Below, in pieces: positions 1-7,784 of a DNA stretch of 32,807 bases. The stretch comes from Sphingorhabdus sp. (GTDB lineage: Bacteria > Pseudomonadota > Alphaproteobacteria > Sphingomonadales > Sphingomonadaceae). The notes beneath the pieces are model-generated. The model was not told the origin of the DNA, made no database searches, and saw only the letters and a list, made by a program, of their open reading frames with translations. The stretch is taken from the NCBI GenBank assembly GCA_044376035.1, contig JBILLO010000001.1, positions 1 to 32,807 on the forward strand, given 5' to 3'. Position 1 is the stretch's first letter. Each line of letters starts with the position of its first letter. Made by a program: the position numbers and the translations under genes.

Positions 1-762
1 GCTGTTAACATAAGGTAGAGCTCCACCTCCTGACTGTCCGTAGTTGTTACTACCCCATCCATATACCTTGCCGTCAGTCGAAATTGCGAGTGCATGCGTA
101 GAGCCCACGGCAATGCTCTTAATCCTAGTTGGTAGAGCGATCGGCTGAGGGCTTGTAACAGCCGTGAGATGGCCCAATCCTAATTGGCCCGACGAGTTAC
201 TTCCCCACGCATAGACTCTTTTATCACGTGATAACGCCAGCATAAAATTATCCCCTATTCCTACATTTTGTATAGGAGGAAGCTTGGGAACAATATCAGG
301 CAAGGAATTGAATTGCGAAGTGCTGCGGCCTAGAGCGCCATCTAAATTCAAACCCCAAGTATATAATCTATTTTTCGTATCAACGGCAGCAAATATGAAT
401 TGGCCTACAGCAATCTTACGAATGCGTTCAAGGCCACGAATTGCCGAGGGAGCCTCCGTGATCAATGACCTACTGCCAATCCCTAGTTGAGCGAAACCCC
501 AGATGAACGGCTGTTGTTTAGACACACCTAAACTCAGTCCAAAGCCAGCAGAAATATCGGAATAATAATCAGGCTGACTTATGTACGCTGGCTGTCCATC
601 TGACCCTGTTAACGGGCTACAAATATCTACATAAGGAGATGTGTAGCGACCGCTCCCCGATCCGCCCCAACCCAACACCTCCCCAGATGTCAGCAGCGCT
701 AAAGTCTGATCCTTACCAGCAGTGATTGCCGTAATCTCAAAAAGATCCGTAAGCGCGGCCAT
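1..762 (-). CDS. RCC1-repeat (beta-propeller) protein, 3' end runs off the window; absent from the ORF track
   Basis: Hand translation from the ATG at 762 is open for 254 codons to base 1: MAALTDLFEITAITAGKDQTLALLTSGEVLGWGG...IAVGQFIFAAVDTKNRLYTWGLNLDGALG...MLALSRDKRVYAWGSNSSGQLGLG...IKSIAVGSTHALAISTDGKVYGWGSNNYGQSG. These repeated I.AG..H.LAL..DG.VY.WG.N..GQLG units are RCC1 blades. Starts 18 nt after the stop of the upstream gene. Confidence 0.9.
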   Translation of the reverse strand, partial: MAALTDLFEITAITAGKDQTLALLTSGEVLGWGGSGSGRYTSPYVDICSPLTGSDGQPAYISQPDYYSDISAGFGLSLGVSKQQPFIWGFAQLGIGSRSLITEAPSAIRGLERIRKIAVGQFIFAAVDTKNRLYTWGLNLDGALGRSTSQFNSLPDIVPKLPPIQNVGIGDNFMLALSRDKRVYAWGSNSSGQLGLGHLTAVTSPQPIALPTRIKSIAVGSTHALAISTDGKVYGWGSNNYGQSGGGALPYVNS

Positions 763-780
763 AACTATTCCGAGAGATTA

Positions 781-2034
781 TTATCGTAGGAAATTAGTAA
801 TCACTTTTGAAAGAAATTGTATATATTGCATTATAGTTGATTGCGGCACTTCACCAGTACTGTTTGGAACCAAAGTAGTAATAGCGGAATAATTTGCTCC
901 CTCCGTCATATCATTATTTGGCAATGCTTTTGCATAATCAACTACACCGTGAAAACAACCGATTGAATATGGATATTCATTATTAAGGTGATAATGATAT
1001 ATCTCTGTCATTCTCCCATCCCACATTACTGGTGCAGTATGGCCATGACATTCATCTAATTGCCTATTTGTAATCATTTTCCCATCTTCACCACGTGGGC
1101 CATATATTCCATAGCCATCTAAGGCGTAACCAAATAACGGAGACGGTCCAGAGTTTCCTTGATTGGGAAAACACTTCCATGAGTAACCATGCAGGTGGTA
1201 TTGCTTGTTATAAGGATGCCCCCAACACTGATCCATCGGTAGCGCAGAGGAAGGGTTATACCAAGAGGTGGCTGAATTTGCTAATTCAGCATGCCAAACT
1301 GCTCCATGAAGCGAAATTCCAGTAATCAAGGATGATATTGGGCCGGGCATTACCTTTCCATTGGCATCTTTTGGATTTGGAACAGGAATTTTTGGAATGT
1401 AACTTTCCATGTTATAAGTAGCAATAGGTATTAAATCCGCCGTCGGAAATTCATTGCTTCCTCCGGGTAGCGCATTGTAATAAGGATATGCTGCCGTTCC
1501 GGGCTGCACAGCAAATTTACTCATCATGAAATTTGGTAAGCCATTACCCTTAAAATAACGATAGGGCACATTTGGAACGCCCGCAGTATTAGTGCTGGTA
1601 ACTTCAGTTACGGTGAGATTAAATCCAGCAGGATCAATATCAGTGGGCGCAATATTTCCGCTCACATATGGAATTTTAGCAATCACGAGGGTATTGTTGC
1701 TTTGGTCAACCCAATCATAGGTGGATTGTGCAAATTGGGTATTCGCAGGAAGAGGACTATCCGGAATAAGCGCAAAAGCCGGGTTCAAGCACATCCCATT
1801 AACGGCGCATACATATGGGCTCATACCATTGGCAGAATTCACCAAGACAGTTGGCGTGCCCGGATCTGCGGTTGGCGCTGGTGTTGGTGCTGGTGCTGGT
1901 GATACTGATACTAATGGTGCTGGAGCTTCTGATTTCTCACTGCAACCGACCAAAATAACTGTAGTTGCTAACAAAAGGCCACGGGAAAATCCTGAGATTT
2001 TATTGTCTTTGTAAATACGTGCTTTGCTCATCAT
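781..2034 (-). CDS. YHYH-domain lipoprotein
   Basis: 417-aa ORF with lipobox LLATTVILVG/C, a Pro/Ala linker (APAPAPTPAPTA), two D-x-C-x-G-H...Y-H-x-H units (DQCWGHPYNKQYHLH; LDECHGH...IYHYH) and SPLFGYALDGYGIYGP, typical of YHYH proteins. Confidence 0.85.
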   Translation of the reverse strand: MMSKARIYKDNKISGFSRGLLLATTVILVGCSEKSEAPAPLVSVSPAPAPTPAPTADPGTPTVLVNSANGMSPYVCAVNGMCLNPAFALIPDSPLPANTQFAQSTYDWVDQSNNTLVIAKIPYVSGNIAPTDIDPAGFNLTVTEVTSTNTAGVPNVPYRYFKGNGLPNFMMSKFAVQPGTAAYPYYNALPGGSNEFPTADLIPIATYNMESYIPKIPVPNPKDANGKVMPGPISSLITGISLHGAVWHAELANSATSWYNPSSALPMDQCWGHPYNKQYHLHGYSWKCFPNQGNSGPSPLFGYALDGYGIYGPRGEDGKMITNRQLDECHGHTAPVMWDGRMTEIYHYHLNNEYPYSIGCFHGVVDYAKALPNNDMTEGANYSAITTLVPNSTGEVPQSTIMQYIQFLSKVITNFLR

Positions 2035-2142
2035 TTTCTGGATCCAATTTTGTTTAAATGTTTAAATGTTAATGACATCATCAAGATATAAATCGACCTG
2101 ATCTGCCGCGATTTGTTTTATAAATCCCAAAGACAGGATTTT

Positions 2143-2568
2143 TCATACTCTATAATCTATACAGGTTCTAAAAATGGGTGGGAATGTCCTACCTAGCTCC
2201 ATAAGCAAAATATGACCCCCAGATATTAAGGCGGAAATGTTCCTGTAGATCCTGCACATCACCGCCTTTTTTGCTGATTCAGTAACCTTGCGTCCGCTTT
2301 CGATTATACCTTTGAGGTAGGCCGGATAGTCCGCAAGCGGGGCCGCAGGAGGAAAAGTAAGGTTCGCGCCAAACGGCTTGCCAGCGCGCGTGCGACATCG
2401 CGCAATTTCACCTGCTCGCGCCGGGTTAAGCTGCGGCAGCGCAGTGATAAAGCCCGGGCAACTAACATCGACCAAGGCGGCATCGGGCTCTACACGCCCG
2501 AGCATGTGTGTTCCGTGCTGGATAATAGGAGATTCTATTCGGCACAGCTCGCTAATGTGGGTTTTCAT
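2143..2568 (-). pseudogene. Truncated, degraded nitronate monooxygenase-family (NAD(P)H flavin oxidoreductase) gene
   Basis: The first ~100 codons (MKTHISELCRIESPIIQ...EIARCRTRAGKPFGANLTFPP...DYPAYLKGIIESG) follow the NMO N-terminus, but conserved glycines are lost (QHGT for QGGM). Similarity ends near 2270, where the sequence becomes AT-rich. Full-length members are over 300 aa. Confidence 0.75.
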
Positions 2569-2793
2569 TAGTTTAACCTAGCCCTCTCCAGCCTATGAAC
2601 CGAAACTTGATTCGCAATTAACGAAACTTTTTTTGGGATGCAACTCATAAATGTTATAAATTGCGAATCCTAATGGCTTATGGAGGCCACCACTTATTCT
2701 GGCTAGTTCGTTACTCTGTCAATGCTAATCGTGCAGAGATGGAAAGTTTGAATTAACCGAAGCCCGACTCATTTGCAGTCAAGACCAGCCATT

Positions 2794-3060
2794 TAGGGTC
2801 AGGACCTATTAAATCCACCTTCGCGGTTTGAGGCCATTTTGTTCAGTGCAAGGCGGCAAGCGCAGGGCATAGTGGTTCTAAGTCCAAGCTTGCCAACGCG
2901 GCAATGAACAGTATGGGTCAAATCCGAAGGACGCCAAAATGGCTTCGATCTCAAAGCAAAATGCCCTGGCAGGCAGAATGACTGCCTGCGGCGGACATTT
3001 TCCTTCGATATCTTTGCCATTTTGACGCCACGAAGGTGGATTTAATAGGTCCTGACCCTA
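2794..3060. mobile_element. MITE (non-autonomous miniature inverted-repeat element), probable TA target duplication
   Basis: 2792-2823 TTTAGGGTCAGGACCTATTAAATCCACCTTCG is the exact reverse complement of 3031-3062 CGAAGGTGGATTTAATAGGTCCTGACCCTAAA. The core GGGTC...GACCC (2796-3058) is flanked by TA on both sides. No transposase inside; the interior forms two long imperfect hairpins. Confidence 0.85.
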
Positions 3061-3317
3061 AAAAAACGCGCGCGCGTGCGCGACTGATTGACGCAGCACC
3101 TGCTGTCTTTGCCCGTCAATGGCTGGATGCGGCCTCGATTAATGAGATTACGCGTGAAGCAGATATGGCGAACGACACCTTCTATCTGCATTTCAAGGAT
3201 AAAGAGGAGTTGACCTCGATCGTTGCGTTATCCGTTGTTGCCGAGATTGTGACTGAGCTTGATGCCGCTATGGCCGCGACGGTGATTGGCCCCAAAGCTG
3301 CACGGTGGCGACGATGA
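3036..3317 (+). pseudogene. Truncated TetR/AcrR-family regulator
   Basis: TetR HTH remnant RARLIDAAPAVFARQWLDAASINEITREADMANDTFYLHFKDKEEL, with conserved Gly replaced (QW for xG, NDT for xGT). Only 93 aa with no ligand domain. The apparent GTG start lies inside the right TIR of the MITE. Confidence 0.75.
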
Positions 3318-3397
3318 TTTCCCCTATCTGTATTCGCCCCACACAAACCCCAATTCTCTGACTGACAGCGCGCGCTTGGTCTGCTACGCGGCGCTGC

Positions 3398-5263
3398 ATG
3401 CTTAACCTGAACGGAATCACCGTGCGCCTTGGCGGACGCACTATCCTTGACCGCGCCACGGCGGCCTTGCCCCCTTATGGGCGGGTCGGCCTGATCGGGC
3501 GCAATGGCGCGGGTAAATCGACATTGATGAAGGTGATGATTGGCTCGCTGGAGGCCGATGACGGGTCGCTGGAAATGCCCAAGGGCACGCGCATCGGCTA
3601 TATCGCGCAAGAGGCACCTGCGGGCGAATCCACGCCGTTTGACACTGTGCTGGCGGCGGATACCGAGCGAGCGGCGCTCATGCTCGAAAGCGAGCAAGAG
3701 GGGCTTGACCCCGACCGCATGGCCGAAGTGCATGAACGCCTTATCGCGATTGACGCCTATACCGCGCCCGCGCGGGCTTCGCGGATTTTGGTTGGCCTTG
3801 GCTTTGATGAAGACATGCAGGGGCAGCCGCTTGACAGCTTTTCCGGTGGGTGGAAAATGCGGGTGGCGCTGGCGTCGTTGCTGTTTTCGCAACCGGATTT
3901 GCTGTTGCTGGATGAACCGTCAAACCATTTGGATTTGGAAGCGACCTTGTGGCTGGAAAATTTCCTCAAGGGCTATCCCGCGATGATGGTGGTGATCAGC
4001 CATGAGCGCGATTTGCTGAACAATGTCGTCGACCATATCCTGCATCTCGATAATGGTCAGGTGACATTATATTCGGGCGGCTATGACTCGTTTGAGCGCC
4101 AACGCGCCGAACGCGCCGCGCAATTGGCGGCGGCCAAGGCTTCCCAAGATGCGCAACGTGCCAAGTTGCAGGATTATGTGGCGCGTAACTCGGCGCGTGC
4201 GTCAACCGCCAAGCAGGCGCAGTCCAGAGCCAAGGCGCTGGCGCGGATGCAGCCGATTGCCGCGATGGCCGAAGACCCGACGTTAAGCTTTGACTTTCCA
4301 AGCCCCGATGAATTGAAACCGCCCTTGGTGACGCTGGACCTAGCGAGTGTTGGCTATACCGAGGGCAAGCCGATATTGCAGCGGTTGAACCTGCGGATTG
4401 ACCCTGATGACCGGATCGCGTTGCTGGGGCGCAACGGCAATGGCAAGACGACGCTGGCGCGATTGCTCGCGGCGCAATTGACGCCGATGGAAGGGCAAAT
4501 GAGCGCGTCGGGCAAAATGCGCGTCGGTTACTTCACGCAATATCAGGTGGAGGAACTGGACGGCGACGATACCCCGCTGGAGCATATGACTCAGCAGATG
4601 AAGGGCGCAAACCCCGGCGCGGTGCGCGCGCAACTGGGGCGCTTTGGCTTTTCCGGGCAGAAGGCGACGACCAAGGTTGGCAAGCTGTCGGGCGGTGAAC
4701 GCGCGCGGTTGGCGCTGGCGCTGATTACGCGTGATGCGCCGCATATGCTGATCCTCGATGAACCAACGAACCATTTGGACGTCGATGCGCGTGAGGCGTT
4801 GGTGCAGGCGCTGAATGAATATGAGGGCACTGTCGTGCTGGTCAGCCATGACCGCCACATGCTGGAGCTGACGGCGGACCGGCTGGTGCTTGTCGACGGT
4901 GGGACCGCGACCGAATTTTCCGGCACGATTGAGGATTATACCGACTTCATCCTGGGCAAGGGGCCAGCCAAGGAGAAAATGTCCAAGGCCGACCGCAAGG
5001 AAGACAAGAAAGCGGCGGCTGCTTCGCGTGAGGCGCAGGTAAAGCTCAAGCGCGATGTGAGCGATGCGGAGGCGGACCTTGCGAAGCTTGAGGTTGTGTT
5101 GAGCGCGATTGACCGGGCGATGTTCGACCCAGCATCAGCATCAAATGATTATAAGAACCTAACGATGGGCGAACTGTCGCAACGCCGGGGCAAGATTGTC
5201 GCGGCGCAAGCGGCGGCAGAAGCCCGCTGGGTCGCGGCGAGCGAGGCGTTGGAGAGAGGCTGA
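3398..5263 (+). CDS. ABC-F family ATP-binding protein (YheS/Uup-like ribosome-associated ATPase)
   Basis: Two ABC domains (GRNGAGKS, FSGGW, LLLDEPSNHLD; GRNGNGKT, LSGGE, LILDEPTNHLD), an interdomain linker and a C-terminal coiled coil; no transmembrane segments. Confidence 0.95.
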   Translation: MLNLNGITVRLGGRTILDRATAALPPYGRVGLIGRNGAGKSTLMKVMIGSLEADDGSLEMPKGTRIGYIAQEAPAGESTPFDTVLAADTERAALMLESEQEGLDPDRMAEVHERLIAIDAYTAPARASRILVGLGFDEDMQGQPLDSFSGGWKMRVALASLLFSQPDLLLLDEPSNHLDLEATLWLENFLKGYPAMMVVISHERDLLNNVVDHILHLDNGQVTLYSGGYDSFERQRAERAAQLAAAKASQDAQRAKLQDYVARNSARASTAKQAQSRAKALARMQPIAAMAEDPTLSFDFPSPDELKPPLVTLDLASVGYTEGKPILQRLNLRIDPDDRIALLGRNGNGKTTLARLLAAQLTPMEGQMSASGKMRVGYFTQYQVEELDGDDTPLEHMTQQMKGANPGAVRAQLGRFGFSGQKATTKVGKLSGGERARLALALITRDAPHMLILDEPTNHLDVDAREALVQALNEYEGTVVLVSHDRHMLELTADRLVLVDGGTATEFSGTIEDYTDFILGKGPAKEKMSKADRKEDKKAAAASREAQVKLKRDVSDAEADLAKLEVVLSAIDRAMFDPASASNDYKNLTMGELSQRRGKIVAAQAAAEARWVAASEALERG

Positions 5264-5334
5264 GGCCGCCCCTTCATAAGCCCCCGCCGCCACGAGATGG
5301 AGCCGCTTTTGCGCGGACAAAGCCAGGATGCTAT

Positions 5335-5377
5335 GCGCGACGCAGCCTATGATGTAACCGCATCTGCTGCGTCGCGC
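5335..5377. terminator. GC-rich hairpin between convergent genes (possible terminator or RNA stability element)
   Basis: GCGCGACGCAGC (5335-5346) pairs with GCTGCGTCGCGC (5366-5377), with an inner GATG/CATC stem. No adjacent U-tract. Confidence 0.4.
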
Positions 5378-5449
5378 GAAGACTATTGTTCTGGTGTTCT
5401 CGGCGTAAAATATTAATTTCAAGAAACTATTTTGTAAACATAATCCGAA

Positions 5450-6187
5450 CTATGCCGACATAGCAAGCGGCACTTTTGCAGGGTTCGTAGCGTGCGCATC
5501 GGCCTGCAAAGTATAGCCAAAGCCGTATAGGGCATTCAAGCTAATGCCTAATGCCGGGTCAAGTTTCAGGTTCTTACGCAGCCGTGCGACATGCGTATCA
5601 ATGGTCCGCGATTGATAGTCGACGACCTTGCCCCATAATGTTGCCGCAAGATATTGGCGCGACAATAATCGGTTGGGGTTGCTGAAAAACAGCATCGCCA
5701 TATCGAATTCCCGCTTCGGCAAGGTGATGGCTTCGTCGTTGAAATACACCGTCGATGTCGATGGGCGTAAGAGATAGGGACCAAGCACCAAGGATTCCGG
5801 ACGCGTTCTGACATCGCCATTATAGCGGCGCAAAACAGACTTAATCCGCAAGGACAATATTTCTGGGTCAACCGGCTTTGACACGAAATCATCGGCACCC
5901 GCCTCAAGCCCGCGGATGATGTCGCGGCTGTCGTTGCGAGCGGTGAGCATGATCGTTGGCATATCAGGATGGAATTTCCGGGTGTATTCTATCACTTCGA
6001 TGCCAGTCAGGCCGGGCATGGACCAGTCGACGATCAAGAGATCGCAAGCTTTTTGGCGCACGGCCGTCAGAAATGTCTGCGCCGAGGTGTAGCTCTTTAC
6101 GATATAACCCAAGCCGCTCAAAAATTCTTCGAGTTCGGCTACAAATACGGTGTCGTCTTCGACGATGTCGATATGATAATTGTTCAC
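5450..6187 (-). CDS. OmpR/PhoB-family response regulator (no cognate kinase in the window)
   Basis: REC domain (VEDD, LIVDWSMPG, LTA, GADDFVSKP) plus winged helix (LPKREF, RTIDTHVARLRK, YGFGY). Confidence 0.93.
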   Translation of the reverse strand: MNNYHIDIVEDDTVFVAELEEFLSGLGYIVKSYTSAQTFLTAVRQKACDLLIVDWSMPGLTGIEVIEYTRKFHPDMPTIMLTARNDSRDIIRGLEAGADDFVSKPVDPEILSLRIKSVLRRYNGDVRTRPESLVLGPYLLRPSTSTVYFNDEAITLPKREFDMAMLFFSNPNRLLSRQYLAATLWGKVVDYQSRTIDTHVARLRKNLKLDPALGISLNALYGFGYTLQADAHATNPAKVPLAMSA

Positions 6188-6255
6188 AATTTGGTCCTTA
6201 TTGGACTGGTCCCATATGACCGTTTTACGCCGTTATCTTGCATTTGTAACATTTT

Positions 6256-6274
6256 AAATGTGAACAAATGTGAA
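6256..6274. promoter_or_regulatory. Tandem direct repeat upstream of the response regulator, candidate autoregulatory site
   Basis: AAATGTGAA-C-AAATGTGAA with a 10-bp period, ~70 bp upstream of the start. OmpR-family proteins bind tandem repeats one helical turn apart. Confidence 0.4.
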
Positions 6275-6375
6275 TTAGTTTTTACGGTTGCAACAAAGTG
6301 GACACTTTTGGCGTTAGCACTGGGGCGAAAAATACCGGGTACATGACGGGAGCGGGCCTATGCTGCCCAGAATGC

Positions 6376-7494
6376 TCAATTTTTCTTCGCCTTTGCGACT
6401 GGTTTTGGCTTGGGCATTGCCCCTGCTGCTCTCGCCTTTGGGTGCATATAGTCGTGGTGGCGCGTGATGGCGCGGGCAATATTCTGCATAAAAGCGTTTG
6501 TAGCGTCTCTGCCGGCACGCGTTTCCGCAATCATCACCGCCACCGGATATACGCAGCCATCCGGTGCTGTCATCACGCCAACATCGTTGATTGCCGTCGC
6601 TATCGACCCCAGCACTTGCCCGGTCCCGGTTTTGTGCGCGAGGCGCCAGCCCGGCGCGAGACCAGACCGCAAACGGGATCGTCCCGTATAGGTGCCAGCC
6701 ATCAACTTCAGCAATTTGGCCCCCGGGTCATTGGCATCGCGTTCGCTAAAACGTTTCAGCACCAGCGCGATGGTGCCGGGGGCCGCGCCGTCGAGTGGCG
6801 TTTCCAGATAGGCGTCCAGCGCAGCCTTTCTTTTGCCCATCGGGATGCTTGAACGTTGTGCTTTGAATGCATTGCCTTTGCGATATTCTGGTTGCCATTC
6901 CAAACCGGCAATCGCGCTTTGCAGCAGGACTTCGCCAGGACCAAAGCGAATGGATTGCACTTTGCGGCGGTCAAGCATCTGGTTGATCGCTTGCGGGCCA
7001 CCCGCAACGCGCAAAAGGACGTTGTTGGCGAGATTGTCGCTGGCGTTGATCGAATGTGTGAGCAGTTCGCTTAACGACATGTCGAACGAGTCCCGCCCGT
7101 CGAGATAATTTTTCAGTGGCTGGCTGAAGACAACGACGTCGTTGCGGCTGACGCGAATGCGCTTATCCAACGACAATTTACCCGCAGCCTCTTGTTCCAA
7201 AATCGTCAGCGCGACCCACATTTTGGAGACGCTTTGTTGCGGAAAGCGCTCGGTCTGGCGCTTGCCGATAATCTCGTCGGAAAAGGGTGTGTAGATGGCG
7301 ATGCCTGCGCGGCCGGGGAATGTCTTCCAATACTTATCAACTTCCGTCTTTAGCTTTTCGTCGGCTGCCGCAATCGAGGTGGTCGCATGTGCGTTTTCCG
7401 CGACACGCGCTGACGCCGTGGCCGCAATTGTCGTAATGCCGGGGGCCGAGGCGAGAGTGAGAGTGATGGCGCATAGGTTGAAAAAGCGGCGCAT
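6376..7494 (-). CDS. Class A beta-lactamase-like serine hydrolase with an enlarged omega-loop region
   Basis: Signal peptide from ATG 7494 (MRRFFNLCAITLTLASA); motifs FPQQSVSK (SxxK), SDN, E166-like GPGEVLLQ, HKTGTG and NDVG. Confidence 0.88.
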   Translation of the reverse strand: MRRFFNLCAITLTLASAPGITTIAATASARVAENAHATTSIAAADEKLKTEVDKYWKTFPGRAGIAIYTPFSDEIIGKRQTERFPQQSVSKMWVALTILEQEAAGKLSLDKRIRVSRNDVVVFSQPLKNYLDGRDSFDMSLSELLTHSINASDNLANNVLLRVAGGPQAINQMLDRRKVQSIRFGPGEVLLQSAIAGLEWQPEYRKGNAFKAQRSSIPMGKRKAALDAYLETPLDGAAPGTIALVLKRFSERDANDPGAKLLKLMAGTYTGRSRLRSGLAPGWRLAHKTGTGQVLGSIATAINDVGVMTAPDGCVYPVAVMIAETRAGRDATNAFMQNIARAITRHHDYMHPKARAAGAMPKPKPVAKAKKN

Positions 7495-7784
7495 GATCCG
7501 ACTTTCATGTATCCAAGGGCTGCATAATTTGCGCTTTAGGAGCAGAACCCAATCCCGGCAAGAGGATGCCATTTGCGGACCTCCATCATCCGATTTATAC
7601 CATGACAACGCCGTTTTACCCGCCAAAGTTGCGCAGTACTTTGTCAGCAATAATTGCATGGTACGCGTCGCAGTGGCTTGTCTAAAGTTTTGATATGTTT
7701 ATTTGCAATTGTTAACATTGCGCGCAGGGTTTGACGTAGGTCGCATGCCGTGCAATCTTTCGATTGGGAAAAGAGGAGGGGACT

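Noticed and set aside
284-490. 68-aa plus-strand ORF
   Set aside because: It is an antisense shadow of the RCC1-repeat gene on the minus strand.
1862-1930. Near-tandem GGTGCT/GGTGTT hexamer repeats, possible VNTR or array
   Set aside because: They encode the Pro-Ala-Thr linker of the YHYH lipoprotein; there is no spacer structure.
2799-3020. 73-aa minus-strand ORF inside the MITE, possible mini-transposase
   Set aside because: No DDE, HUH or HTH motifs; it lies wholly within the structured element and is probably incidental.
7495-7659. N-terminal extension of the beta-lactamase ORF given in the track
   Set aside because: The signal peptide begins at ATG 7494; the upstream part reads as divergent promoter sequence.
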